Shown here piece by piece: positions 26,714-39,235 of a stretch of DNA of 64,000 bases. The translations under genes were made by a program, and so were the position numbers. The notes beneath the pieces are model-generated. The model did no database searches, had not been told where the DNA came from, and saw only the letters and a program-made list of their open reading frames with translations. The stretch is from Podospora anserina. Its lineage: Eukaryota. Each line of letters opens with the position of its first letter. The first letter of the stretch is position 1. Location: NCBI GenBank assembly GCA_017654855.1, contig CM030332.1, positions 2,914,001 to 2,978,000 of the forward strand. Reading direction: 5' to 3'.

Positions 26714-29525
26714 GGCGACGACTGTTGAGATGGAACAGTCGAATGATCACATCAAGCCTCGACGATTTCAGCGAAAAGCCAGAGGTGTCCAAAATGAAGG
26801 GTGAGGCACAGTTGAATTCTCACTCAGGCAGCGAGAAAAGGGATGTATCCCCCGATGCCTGCTCAAGGGATTCCAAATGCCAGCTGAAGGAGCTGATGAG
26901 AGATCATCCCTCCCAAAAGGGAATAGCCCAAGCCATTATCAATGGTGTGCCGCGTGTGCACACCACCAGCCCCATGCTTATCATGGAACCTGGACCTGAA
27001 TTTGTGCCCTGAGTGTTTTGATCGAAGAAGGTGAAGTTTGGTATGGGATTGTGATGTTTTTATATCTGGATATATAACGTCTGGGCTTGGCCGTCGTCAA
27101 GCTGTCAAAGTGCCTTCCCGTCACGGAGGCGATGGATCAAGGTAGTACCCGCATATGGATAGAGTGGCACCCATCCTTAGCACCCCTGATATCAGCCGTC
27201 CACAACAACAGGAAGACTGTCCCTGGAAGCTTGTATTAATGTATTTGTTTCTGAGCTTGTGCGCGAGTTGGTCGCTGAATTCACCGCTCCTATTCTCCGT
27301 TTGGAAGTACCCAACTTAGAGGAGTGCGCAAACCAAGCTGCTGATTTCAAGAGCGAGGTGTAGAGTCGCTTCTTGAACTCATGGACATGGCTAGTACCAG
27401 AACCAGGTCCCAAGATCGCCATCATTCTTCCGAGAGAATAAGACGCGGTTCGGAGAGCGGTGTGTCTCACCGAAGCCAGAGGTTTTAATACGACGATGCT
27501 ATCCAAACCACGTTCTGTGTATTGTACTCTGTGGTCTCGTTTATAGAGCGCAGGTGTGTCTGTAGATGCTCGAGCGCACAGACGGGTGTGCTTGTAGAAC
27601 CTGGCTTCTCAGATTCTGGTAGATTTGCTTCGTTTCAACTCAACAGCATATCAATGCACAAATGTGCCTAAACAACGACAACAGGACTGACATATCATGA
27701 ATTATACCAAAGTGGCTCCAATAGCCATCAAGACGAGCCCTTGCTTCGTATTTTCATGCGCACAAGGATCCGAAAGGGGAAAGTTGTGGGAGTTTGCGGG
27801 ATGTGAGTGGGCAGAAAACCACTTTAAAAACGGCCACTTAGGGTCGCCCGCCCAAACGCGTCTGGCACGCGAAAAAACGCGACGGATGCCCCGGTCAACC
27901 CCTCCCACAACTTCACAAGCGAGGACCGTTGTTGATGTGGTCACACAGTGCCTTCTTTTCCCTCTCGTCCCAACAGTGTCCTGGGCTGCTATCATTCCCA
28001 TCTCATCAACCGCTTCCTTGGGATCAATCTAAATGCGAAATAGCTGGATCATCCTGACTTACCGTCTTAATGCAGCGGAGACACCCCGCCGGAGGTGTCT
28101 GACGTAGTAATATCCATCATCTCGATCTCTTCCCCAGTCGCTGGTCCAGAGTCCACCCACGCTTCTGCGCTTCTTTTTCCCCGCCAAGTGGTTTCCTGCA
28201 TGTCGACTTGCAGCACGCGAGAAATCCCCCAGCCCCTTCGTTTTCCCTCGTTCGCCTCGACTTTTTTCTGCAAGCCATTCGATTCGCTCTGTTCTGCGCG
28301 ACGCGTGAAGGAATCACGAACCCACCCACTGTCACTACTCCTCCCCCACTCGCCTACCACTCCTGCGCTACTTTCACAAGCCACTGGCTGGTCCTCGAGC
28401 TCCCATCCATCCCCAACCGGACACGCGTTGCTGCCAGCCGAACAGCTACGCTGCCCAACTGGCAACTTGATATCCATAGTCAGATCCTCAAGAGGTCCAC
28501 GAGTCTGCAAATCCACGAATCCACAACAGTTTGCCCTGCACGCTGCCTGAGGTTGGGGTTCCATCCCGGACGCAGCATCGCACACACCCCGCGGCAAGAG
28601 CTTGAAGTCGTCTTCTAGCGGGCCTGGGCCCTGTCGGCGACTACTGCGAGTGGAGAGTGGATAAGGTGTTCAGGGGACCTTGCGATCAAGGGTCCGCTGC
28701 CCTTCCTGGCGCCGCCCACATTCACAGTCACCACCCCCCCCCCCCTCTTCTCTGCTCAGCAACAGCACACAGCACAGTTACATATTCCCAACGTTCCCGT
28801 CTGCTGTAGTCCCCTCCCCCCTTCCTCCCCCTTTTCCTTCTGCGCAGTCACTCCTTTTGCGACCAGATTAAACGGCCGGTCGCGCTCGGCGCAAGGGTCT
28901 CAGATGCTCTACGGACACTCCAACACATGACGGACATCACAGACAGACGACTACGAGACTGACGACACGGTACTTTTTCTTTTTCCGTCACAAAATTCCG
29001 ACGATCATCTCAACCTCCCTGATCTGGATTTTCCGTTTTTCGCCATTATCAATTGTTCGAGGAGCTTATTGTTGTTGTTGCCGGACCTGGATCTTGCGGC
29101 TGTGCACTTGCTTTTTACGGTTGCGTTGCTCAGACCCCAGCTTTCCCCAGCCCATCCGTCACCTTTTGACCAGCCATCCGATTTTGACATGCGCTGCGCT
29201 ACCTTCCCACTGGCACCAACAAATCCCCAAAACGCGTCAAAACTCCCACAACGCGCCTCCAGAGCTTGATATTGAGCTTCCCACAGACAATCAGGTAGTT
29301 GGGATCTGTCTGTCTCTCTGTCTCTCTCTCTGCCTGGCTTGACACCATCAGCAGAGAGCGCAAAACAATCAACGAACGCGATACGATATTTACGACACAA
29401 ACATACGAACGACTTCCATTTTACTCGCCAAAACATCACCCCTAATTCCAAACCCCCAACCGAATTCCCTAGTTTCACCATAATTAGCTTCTTTATGACG
29501 CACTAGCATTCCGGTCAAAGACAAG

Positions 29526-31493
29526 ATGAATCAACATTCCGGTTCGGCAACCCTCCCACGGGGTTTCAGGTTTGAGATGCCCAGGACACCGGAGCCCTTC
29601 GCAGAAAACGATGAGGCTCAAATCCCTTCGCCACCAAAACCACGTCTAAGGTTGGTCAAGAGGCGCGTTGTCTCTCAACTCACGGCACCTACTCAGCAGT
29701 TTCTCGCTTCTGTGGCTGCCGCCGACGTTCCAATTCCCAGCATTGAGGAGCCAGAGACGAGTTCGCACGACTTCGCCATGGGGAACGCTGACTCTTTCCC
29801 CGCGAGAATGCGCCACGAGGAGATGGATGCGAGCTTTTTGCAGCCCATCGGGCGAACATACGAGCTCCCAAAGACGCCAGCACCCGACTTCATCCCGTGC
29901 TTATCGCCGGGGCAGTACCCCAACTGGACCCTTGACTCGACTGCCAGCAGCGTCGAGTCGACACCAGAGCCAGACTACGAATCCAGCAGACCTTCGACGG
30001 CTAGGTCGACATTGACTAGCGCATCCTTGTTCAGCCGCTTTTCCATGCTTTCAGATGACGACAATTGCGCCAGCCCTCTACTAGAAAGCAAAGAGCATTA
30101 TCGCCAAGAAGAACCCGAGCTTCCGCCGGCAGCTCAGCCATCCGCAGCAGCTGGTAAAGCCAAGGCCAGGAAGGCTCCCTGGACCAAGGCGATGAGCGAC
30201 CATTTGTGGTCAACGTTTATCCTGTATCTCCAGGACCCCAAGGTGACACCTTTCCGGATGGGCAAGAGCTGCCTCCCACCTGACGGTGTCTGCCTTCGCG
30301 TGGCGCGCGAAGCAAAGAGAAGTTGGAAGGGCGCCAAAGCTTTGACGAAGAAGACCAACGTGAGCGATGGAAGGAAGAGTGGCAGCACTACACCCACCGC
30401 CGAGAACAGCAGCACATTTATCCAGTGGCCTCACACTTGCGCCGCGACCCGAGTTCACCTGCGGGAGCTGTGCAGACAGAAAGCTGCGGCGGGCGCAAAG
30501 AACCCACGCTTCCTCCCTCGCAGCACGACCCCTTTTGCGCAAGCTGCTGCGCGTCACTCCAACATGCGCCCGGCGCCGGCGCATGAGCCTCTTCAATTCG
30601 CGACCCAGGACATGTCTCTGTCTCTTGCCTTGAGCACAGCAGAAAGCATGCAACCAACTGGTCCCTTAGCGCAACTCACGGGCTCAACCCCTGAGCCTGT
30701 GGAGGAGGAGCAATCTAATGCTACTGAGCCCTTCCCACTGGCACCGGCTTTTGACATGCCGATTATCAGCCCAAATATCGAGACTTACGAGGGCGGGCCT
30801 GGTTTCGCCGAGCGCCAACGTTTGGGATCCCCCTTTGGCGCGAAGAGCTATGGACCCAGCTCCTCGGGATCGCTTGCCACCGTGCTTGGCTTGAGTGGAC
30901 CAATGCCTCGCAGACAGAGCCAGACACTTGGCTCTCGCCGCACACTCCAGTCACCAGTACGAATGAGCAGGTCGGGTACTCAAAAGCGACGTCACACCCA
31001 ATCCAGCGTTCCTCGCGTACGACCTAGCATCGGCGCTGATCTGTGGCTCGACCCCAACTTCAGCATGAACTCCACGGGCGACGCTCGTGCCGACCGGGAA
31101 TTCTGTTCCACAGCGTCGAGCCACCACGATGAGCTGTTCATCCCAAGGATACCTCCGGTACCTACCCTGAGCTCGTCCACTAGCATGCCCAACGTGGGAG
31201 GCCAGTTGTTGGAACCTCCAGCTCTCCAGCCTCCCCGTCTTGGCTCTCCATTCAAGGGTCACCGAGCGACCCGCTCGAGCTTCAGCTTCCCCAGCAGAAT
31301 GCACCGGGCGCAAAGCGGCAGTGTCGACCTCGGCATGCTTGGGCGACCATTTGCCACTATCCAACAGCCCTCGACCGAGTCGAGTACCTCTCCCGTACGA
31401 TCCAATCTTGCCGGCCGCCTGGCTTACCTTGACCAGCGCCTCAAGGAGATTCGGCAGAGGGAAGCGAACCGTCGATCTCAGTCACCGTTGTAG
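29526..31493 (+). CDS. Ser/Pro-rich fungal protein of unknown function (655 aa, intronless)
   Basis: Long ATG-initiated ORF with a structured-looking core (WTKAMSDHLWSTFILYLQDPKVTPF...WPHTCAATRVHLRELC) and two RLGSPF motifs. Confidence 0.8.
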   Translation: MNQHSGSATLPRGFRFEMPRTPEPFAENDEAQIPSPPKPRLRLVKRRVVSQLTAPTQQFLASVAAADVPIPSIEEPETSSHDFAMGNADSFPARMRHEEMDASFLQPIGRTYELPKTPAPDFIPCLSPGQYPNWTLDSTASSVESTPEPDYESSRPSTARSTLTSASLFSRFSMLSDDDNCASPLLESKEHYRQEEPELPPAAQPSAAAGKAKARKAPWTKAMSDHLWSTFILYLQDPKVTPFRMGKSCLPPDGVCLRVAREAKRSWKGAKALTKKTNVSDGRKSGSTTPTAENSSTFIQWPHTCAATRVHLRELCRQKAAAGAKNPRFLPRSTTPFAQAAARHSNMRPAPAHEPLQFATQDMSLSLALSTAESMQPTGPLAQLTGSTPEPVEEEQSNATEPFPLAPAFDMPIISPNIETYEGGPGFAERQRLGSPFGAKSYGPSSSGSLATVLGLSGPMPRRQSQTLGSRRTLQSPVRMSRSGTQKRRHTQSSVPRVRPSIGADLWLDPNFSMNSTGDARADREFCSTASSHHDELFIPRIPPVPTLSSSTSMPNVGGQLLEPPALQPPRLGSPFKGHRATRSSFSFPSRMHRAQSGSVDLGMLGRPFATIQQPSTESSTSPVRSNLAGRLAYLDQRLKEIRQREANRRSQSPL

Positions 31494-32073
31494 ATGTGAC
31501 AAACAGCGATGGTGACCACTGTTCGGATCATAATACTTCACTTCTTTGTACATGCTTTTACCAGTCGGCACATTTTATTGTGGTGGCGGCTATCAGTGCC
31601 TAGACTTTACGACACATTTTTCTCTGACGACGTTTACATGAGAACAAGCCTGCTACAGAGGGCTTTTATGCACGACCTTTTTTCTTTTCACCCAAACTCA
31701 TGATGACTTATTGGCGCGAACAAACGGAAATACCCCCGCTTGGTGGATTTTGAACATACTACATCATCTTGGAGCATTGTGTTCATATCTTATCGGTGTG
31801 GGCGTTCTTTTATGGGATGACATTTATACCCTCCTCACTTACTTGACGGACTTTGGGTCGGCTCTTAACCTGGTTGGAGTTGGAAACAAGGATTGGGAAG
31901 GTTTTCTGGGGGAAAGGGACAGACTTTCTTTTCTTGTGGTTTCTATTTTTCTGACACTTGAGGTCATACACACACACACCTCTACGGGAAGGTTTTCTTT
32001 TTTATTTCTTGTCATGAAAAAAATGGCTATGATGTGAATGATTTATTTGGGATATACCACCACATTTTACAGA

Positions 32074-32101
32074 TGAGAGAGAGAGAGAGAGAGAGAGAGA
32101 A
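32074..32101 (+). repeat. (GA)n microsatellite
   Basis: About 14 GA units. Confidence 0.9.
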
Positions 32102-32902
32102 TACAGGCTCTGGAGATATCACATGTCTCAACTTTTTTTGTTCGGGTTTGTTTTTTTCTTTTAGTCTGGCGAGGTGTTTTTCTTTCGCATAGAAAGGAGT
32201 GATTTGCATGGTAAGGGAGAGATCAAAAGTGTTGTTGAGGGTTTGCTTGATGGGTGTTTAATCTGGGGTTTGATGGAGGGGGGGATGATATGAGATGGGG
32301 GTGGAGTGTATATACTTGCCCGAATTCTGTTCCTGACCGATGGGGCAACACGAACTTTGAAAATTGAAGTTGAAGATGTGGATATTATATTCTTGTTGAA
32401 CTTGGGATCGTGACGGCGTGTCTTCCATGCCATGTGAATCTGTACTACTGCATTTGTGCACCCCTCCCCCCAGAGACCCCATCTGCACACTAACTCCACC
32501 TGTACCTGGCATTGGCTTTCCTGGCTTGCTCCATATTCTTGACCATCAGCCCTGTGAGGCTTGTGATGCGTGCATCCCCCGGATTTGCGTTAGGTACGGG
32601 GGCGGTGACGGGGTCCATCCGGAGCATAAACGTGGGGGAGCCGGGGGGGCGTTTTTCAGTGTGGGGTTCTGGAGCTGGGGTTGCCGGCGGCAGCAGCAGT
32701 AAAGGGGTGATCCCGGCAAGCGGGTTTTCGGGCAACGTTGATGGGACCGCAAGGCGCGTTTCTTGAAATTCCATTATCAGTTCTCGCAACATCACTTTGC
32801 GCAGTCAGTTGGCGGAGTTTTGTGGTTTTCGTTTTTATTTCTCTCTTTGCTGTTTTTATACAGACAAATGGGCTGTTTAGTACGAGAATAACAGCTCTCA
32901 CG

Positions 32903-33969
32903 ATGGCGATAGGATCCCCTCTCTTTCGAAAAGGGGCCTGCTCGCCCTTGCTCCTTCTTTTCCTCGTCCTGTTCACCACCACGACGGTCTACGCAAGCGT
33001 GGGTGATCGACTCCCCGAATTTCAACAATGCGTCCAAGTCCGTTCCCCTTCCCTCTTCCCCTCCCCCCATGCTCCCAACTAACTTTTTTTTCCTCTTCTC
33101 TCCCCTAGGTCTGCCAAACCGAAAACTGCCTCCCCCCCAACACCACCCCCCTCCCGCTCCACCTCCGCCTCCTGTTCTGGACCTGCCCCTCCGAATGCGA
33201 CTACACCTGCCAGCACATCATCACCTCCACCCGCCTCTCCCGCAACGAGCCAGTGGTGCAATTCCACGGTAAATGGCCCTTCTACCGCCTCCTCGGCATG
33301 CAAGAGCCCTTCTCCGTGCTCTTCTCCCTCGGCAACTTCTGGGCTCACCACGACGGTCTGCACAACCACATCCTGAAGAAAATCCCAGCCACCTACTCGA
33401 TGAGGCCGTACTACGTCTGGCTGGCGAGGATAGGGATGGCGAGCTGGTTTTTCAGCGCGGTGTTTCATACTAGGGATTTCAGGGTCACGGAAGAATTGGA
33501 TTATTTCGCTGCTGGGGCGAGTGTGCTTTATGGGATGTATTATACTGTTGTGAGGGTGTTTCGGTTGGATAGGGTGAGCAAAATGGGGGTGAGGAAATCA
33601 TGGACGGGGACGTGTGTGGGACTGTATTTGGCGCATGTTGGGTATTTGAAGGGGGTGGGGTGGGACTATGGGTATAATATGGGGGCTAATGTTGCGGTGG
33701 GGGTGGTGCAGAATGTGCTTTGGACGTGGTTTAGCGTAAGGAGGTATAATAGGGAGGGGAAGGGGTGGATGGTTTGGCCGGGGTTGGTGGTGATGTGGGT
33801 GGTGGCGGCGATGAGTTTGGAGTTGTTGGATTTTGCGCCGGTGTGGGGGTGTTTGGATGCGCATAGTCTTTGGCATTTGGGGACGATTGGGCCGGCGGTG
33901 GTGTTTTATCGGTTTTTGGTGAGGGATAGTGAGGAGGTGTTGAGGAGGGAGGGGAGGCTGAAGGCTTAG
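32903..33969 (+). CDS. PER1: Post-GPI attachment to proteins factor 3 / Per1 (intron approx. 33038-33108)
   Basis: Signal peptide, then ASVGDRLPEFQQCVQVC...LLFWTCPSECDYTCQH...QFHGKWPF...QEPFSVLFS...SAVFHTRDF...DAHSLWH. The start could alternatively be the in-frame ATG at 32741. Confidence 0.92.
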
Positions 33970-34218
33970 CTGGGTGTGCGAGAGAGGTTGTTGTTGCTGT
34001 GATTGACTTCGACGCCGTCACCGGAGATCACCTTGATTTCATCCATACCGCTTGACCATCGGACCTTTTCTCTTGTTGCTGATCTAGCTGAGGGAGAGGC
34101 ATATATGTATCTAGGTGGGTTGGACATAGTAATCACATGAAACCAGGTGTTAGTACATCTTGTATGTTCCTACCATGAACCACAACGAAGATTTGCTCAA
34201 CCCATATATTATTTCACC

Positions 34219-34884
34219 TCATGGCTCTGCCGAGACACTAAGCACCTGTGTAGTCCACTCCCGCCTCAACAGCCCAAAAACAACCATATCATGTATCTTA
34301 TCACCCTTCCTCACCGCCTCCCGTTTCACACCCTCTTGAACGAACCCAACCCTGCTCAACACCTTCTTACTACCTTCGTTGAAGTCAAACACCATGGCCT
34401 CTAACCTCCTAACAGTCGGAAACTGCTCCCAAACCCAAGCGATAAACTCCTTCAAGACCGCCGTCATGATCCCCACGCCCCAGAACTCTTCTCCTAGCCA
34501 GTACCCGATCTCAAAAGTGTCGGATTCGACATCCCAGAGAGGCTTGAGGCCGATATCGCCGACGAGTACGCCATTGACGATGATGGCGTAGTCCAAGAGA
34601 AGAGGTTTGCCGGATTTGGTCGGTTTAGTTTCCGGATCTGAATAAGATCTGGTAGCGATGAGAAGCCAGTGATTGGCATCTTTGGATGTGTAGGGGTACG
34701 GGAATGTATTCCGCATGCAAGAGGCGATGCGGGGCCTGTTGGCTATGCGGGCGACAGGGCGGGCATCGAAAATATGGAAGGGGCGAATCTCGATGGTTGT
34801 GTGGGTTTTGGGGGTGAGGGTCAGGATTGGTGGTGGAGGGGTCGATGGGAGCCTCAGAACCGGAGTCTTTTGGGAGGTGGACAT
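34219..34884 (-). CDS. GNAT-family acetyltransferase (RimJ/RimL type)
   Basis: RNTFPYPYT...EIGYWLGEEFWGVGIMT...RLEAMVFDFNEGSKKVLSRVGFVQEG motifs. Confidence 0.88.
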   Translation of the reverse strand: MSTSQKTPVLRLPSTPPPPILTLTPKTHTTIEIRPFHIFDARPVARIANRPRIASCMRNTFPYPYTSKDANHWLLIATRSYSDPETKPTKSGKPLLLDYAIIVNGVLVGDIGLKPLWDVESDTFEIGYWLGEEFWGVGIMTAVLKEFIAWVWEQFPTVRRLEAMVFDFNEGSKKVLSRVGFVQEGVKREAVRKGDKIHDMVVFGLLRREWTTQVLSVSAEP

Positions 34885-35772
34885 GATGTTGTTGTTTTTG
34901 GATGTGAAGAGGAAAGAGACAGTTGATGAGAGGAGTGGCAGCTGGGGCTTATGATATGGTCAAGAAGGTGAGTCACGCCGGTGTAGAGAACTTTTGCTTG
35001 TCTGGCGGAAACAATTCACATGTCCTCAGCCTTGCTGCGTTGAGCAAACGGGGAAGCTGCAGTTGTCAGTCAAACTTGCATTTCCAACTGCTTGGGATAG
35101 CTGCCAGGGGGAGGAAGGAGCTTGATCTCAGCTGCATGTGTAGTTGCAGATGCAGGGACGACATATCTACCGGCAGTCTAAGTTCTAAAGCAGATTAGCG
35201 GTCACCCTATTAAGACTGTAAAGCTTGCATAGAGACCACAGACTCGAATGCTCGACAACCTCGCTTCATATATCCAACAGATCGAAGCGTTATCTTATCA
35301 GTGATCTCGGGCAAGCCAAGATGCTCGTTCATGTTCCTGGCGCCGTTCGGTGCCCCGCTGCGGAGGGTCCGGCTACCTAGCCTGAACCCCCAATTGAACC
35401 TGGGGACCAATCACAGCCGACGCCCGCGTTGGAGCTGGCCGGGACCTGAAGCTGATATGTGGATATCGATTGTAAGGTGGCCTTAACTTTTTGTTAGCTG
35501 TCTCCGGCGCGGTGCTGGACGAGGCTGATGCACTTTGGTTTCATCTCAACTGCAAAGTTGCCAGCAAACGATTCACTGCTTCGTGGTGGGAACTCTGCTG
35601 ATGATCCCGCTCTTCAATTGATGCCGCTCCGTTGATTCTGAGCCAAGCAGCAGGTCCCCATTTTCTGACAAGACACATTCCAATCCTAAAAAAGCACACG
35701 CCCCGCGAGTGTGGAACCTTCGACCTTACACCTGAGACTGGTCCAACAAACGACGACGAACAAATAGGCAAG

Positions 35773-37205
35773 ATGGCTGCGAAATCGAGATTCACAAAGC
35801 TCGATGCTTTTACAAAGACGGTGGAGGATGCGCGAATCAGGACGACGTCGGGTGGTATCGTTACCATCGTCTCGTTGATTGTGGTGTTCTTCCTGGCTTG
35901 GGGAGAATGGCAGGACTACAGGAGGATAGAGATCCATCCCGAGCTGATTGTTGACAAGGGGAGAGGTGCGCTCTTTTTACAGAACTGCAGGACTTGAAGA
36001 TAGATGGCAACTAACCAGAAGGCTGAACAGGCGAGCGCATGGAGATTCACCTCAACGTCAGCTTCCCACGAGTGCCCTGCGAGCTGCTGACCCTCGATGT
36101 CATGGATGTATCCGGCGAGCAACAACACGGCGTCCAACACGGTGTCGTCAAGACTAGACTGCGTCCTCTCAGCGAGGGTGGCGGTGTTATCGAAGCCAAG
36201 GCTCTGGCTCTCCATGCTCGCGACGAAGAAGCTGCCCACCTCGATCCCAACTACTGCGGTCCCTGCTATGGCGCTGCTCCCCCTGTCCACGCGCAAAAGC
36301 CCAACTGCTGCCAAACATGCGACGAGGTCAAGGAGGCGTATGCCGCTCAGGCTTGGGCTTTCGGTAGGGGCGAGGGTATCGAGCAGTGCGAGCGCGAACA
36401 CTACGCTGAGAAGCTCGACGAGCAGCGCAATGAGGGCTGTCGCATCGAGGGTAACGTTCGTGTGAACAAGGTCATTGGCAACTTCCACATTGCCCCTGGC
36501 AAGAGTTTCAGCAACGGAAACATGCACGTCCACGACCTCAAGAACTATTGGGACACGCCTGTTAAGCACACCTTCACCCACGAGATCCATCATCTGCGCT
36601 TCGGCCCGCAGCTTCCTGATGGTCTGGCGAAGAAGCTTGGCAAGAATAAGGCTCTACCATGGACCAACCACCACGTCAACCCCCTTGACAACACTCACCA
36701 GGAGACCGATGATGTCAACTACAACTTCATGTACTTCATCAAGATTGTGCCCACCTCTTATCTTCCTCTCGGCTGGGAGAAGACATGGCAGGGGTTCAAG
36801 GACCAGCACCACAAGGAGCTGGGTTCGTTTGGTCAATCGGCCGATGGCAGCCTTGAGACTCACCAGTATTCGGTTACCAGCCATAGGCGCAGCTTGTCCG
36901 GTGGTGATGATGGTTCTGAGGGCCACAAGGAGCGCCTCCACGCCAAGGGTGGTATTCCCGGCGTCTTCTTCTCCTATGTAAGTACATTTTGAGTAGACCT
37001 GGACGTAAACAAATGCTGACTCGCAAATCAGGACATCTCCCCCATGAAGGTTATCAACAGAGAAGAAAGGCCAAAGTCGTTCCTCGGTTTCCTGGCTGGT
37101 CTCTGTGCCATCGTCGGTGGTACCCTGACCGTGGCCGCTGCTGTCGACCGTGCTCTGTTTGAGGGTGGCATGAAGCTCAAGAAGTTGAGGTCCAAGGATC
37201 TATAA
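35773..37205 (+). CDS. ERV46: ER-derived vesicle protein Erv46 (ERGIC3 family); introns approx. 35967-36030 and 36978-37031
   Basis: MAAKSRFTKLDAFTKTVEDARIRTTSGG...YCGPCYGA...CCQTCDEV...EGCRIEG...GNFHIAPG...THQYSVT...PGVFFSY|DISPMKV...CAIVGG. Confidence 0.95.
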
Positions 37206-38221
37206 AACATTCTTGGTTTTTTTTTTCCACATTGGATGTAAATATATAGGTTATACGCTTTTCGGTCTTTCTTTTTGCTTTTCTGTCTGTTTCCAAGGAT
37301 TTGCTTGCTTGTTGGGTGGTTGCTAGATGCATGATGAGGAGTTTAGGAGAAAAAGAATGTTCACTTGGTTTGTTTACAGGTGTTGTCGGCCACGCTCTAG
37401 TGTGATGACTGGCGTGGATCTGGTCTTGTGCAGATCGGCTTTGTTTGCCGCTTGAATATTTTATGCTCGACCGGTCTGGGGGGTGAGAGAACGGTTGACT
37501 CGCGTGGAGCTTGTCTGTTCTTTGGGTGAACGGTTCTGTGCTAGTCGTTGGTCGTTGAGGTTAGTTACATAACGGGCTCGCTTCAAGGAAAACTGCGCTT
37601 TGAGATGGTATGGTTCTTCCTCACAGTGGCGATGTCATCAATACTGGAAGTCTTTCATCTTGGTTTTCGAAACAGGTTGTCGCCCTCGGGCATATGAAGC
37701 GGCGCCGAGACATGTTAGGGCTCATATCCTCGCAGCTGTTGATGATTGACCTCACTTGTTACTATAGACTGTCCGCTGATTTCCGCTGACTGAGCGAGGG
37801 GTACGGGGTTTGTCTCTAGGCTCCGCTCGACGATTTCGAATCACGACTGATTGTTGTAGGTTTCTTCGAAACTCTTTTCCTGACAGGCTGCAAAAGATCG
37901 CTCGACAACTCAGCGACGACGACGACGGCATATTCAGTCTTTGATGGGACTTCGGCCCTGATGAAGGGCCTCTGAAGCTCTCAACAATTCCCGAGAGAGC
38001 ATTCCCGAGTGGGCGTTCATTCCTCGAGAGGGCATTCCCAATTAGTTGTTTTCGAAGAATATCCGAGAGGAAAGCATTCCAGCTCTTCGAAGGATCTACA
38101 ATCTCTCCCAAAGGTATGTACAACGCTGGCAACGGAATCTTCATGACAGAGTACTGACAAACAACGAACAAAACGATAGAGTCAAAACCCTCTCCCTCTA
38201 CAACCTCAACATCTTGCCGTC

Positions 38222-39235
38222 ATGGCACCCACCGTCATAGCAGACGAGAGCGTCTCCAACGTCCTCCGCTACCTGAAAATCCTTCACCGCCACATCTGCC
38301 ACACCCCAATCACCTACGACCCTCCCCCCCCCCCTCCACCTCCCTACTCCCACTCCCCTCCCGACCCTCCCCTGACAGTCCCCGACCCGAAAATCATCCT
38401 CAAGACGTACGACCAGCTAGACGAATGGTACGAGACACTTATCCACGTAGCCTGCCTCCTCAACCTTGCCCCCTTGTTCCTCGACCCACCCGACTTCTTC
38501 ACGGGGCACACCGACAAGATGACTTGGGATGACGAGAGGATGAACAACCAGACCGAGTTTGCGAGTTGTTACGATGATGATGGCGGGCAGACATATTCGC
38601 TTACCATCCTCAAGAAACCGGAGTACCCCGTGATATGGGAGCGTTTTCCCGGCGTGTTTCTGCATCGGTTGACGGTGCTGGAGGAAGAGAGTCTGATTGA
38701 GAGGGTTGAGAGGGATGATGAACGGGGTATATGGGGGTTTTTGGGGCAGGGGAATGGGAGTAGGTATACTATTGTTTGGAAGGAGGCGCCGAGTAGGGAG
38801 AGGGAGAGGAGGTTGGGGTGGGATAGGCTGGAGCGGGAGGAGAAGAGGGAGTGGGAGGGGGTGGTGGGGAGGTGGGAGAGGGAGATGAGGGGGTATGAGA
38901 GGCAGGTTTGGGCGTTGGGGTTGATGAGGGCTTGGTTGGGGGGGGCGATTGATAGGGGGTTGTTGAGGAAGGTGATGGATCCGGATGAGGGGGTGGTTTT
39001 TGAAGTTAGGAAGAGGGGGGGGAGGAGGAGGGATGATGATGTGGGGGATTGGGGGGAGGCGGGGGGATTGAGGAAGTTGGTCATGGGGTGTATGAGGGTG
39101 TTGGAGGTGGAGGAGGATGAGAGGTGGAGGGTTGAGGAGGAGAGGGAGGAGGAGGAGGAGGAGGAGGAGAATGAGGAGAATGAGAAGGAAAGGAGAAGGG
39201 AAATTAGGGAGAAGAAGAGGAAGGCGGTGGATTGA
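38222..39235 (+). CDS. Hypothetical protein (337 aa; Pro-rich N-terminus, Glu/Arg-rich C-terminus)
   Basis: Intronless ATG ORF with the same C-to-G compositional gradient as neighbouring genes; no family recognised. Confidence 0.6.
   Translation: MAPTVIADESVSNVLRYLKILHRHICHTPITYDPPPPPPPPYSHSPPDPPLTVPDPKIILKTYDQLDEWYETLIHVACLLNLAPLFLDPPDFFTGHTDKMTWDDERMNNQTEFASCYDDDGGQTYSLTILKKPEYPVIWERFPGVFLHRLTVLEEESLIERVERDDERGIWGFLGQGNGSRYTIVWKEAPSRERERRLGWDRLEREEKREWEGVVGRWEREMRGYERQVWALGLMRAWLGGAIDRGLLRKVMDPDEGVVFEVRKRGGRRRDDDVGDWGEAGGLRKLVMGCMRVLEVEEDERWRVEEEREEEEEEEENEENEKERRREIREKKRKAVD

Noticed and set aside
27192-27640. Possible decayed gene or small hairpin in intergenic DNA
   Set aside because: No family recognised in any frame, and the hairpin stem is only 6 bp.
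32490-32795. 101-aa minus-strand ORF divergent from PER1
   Set aside because: No recognisable motif; lies in the PER1 promoter region and is likely a chance ORF.
35632-35772. Open in-frame region upstream of the ERV46 ATG
   Set aside because: No ATG and no targeting-like character; conserved Erv46 sequence begins at 35773.
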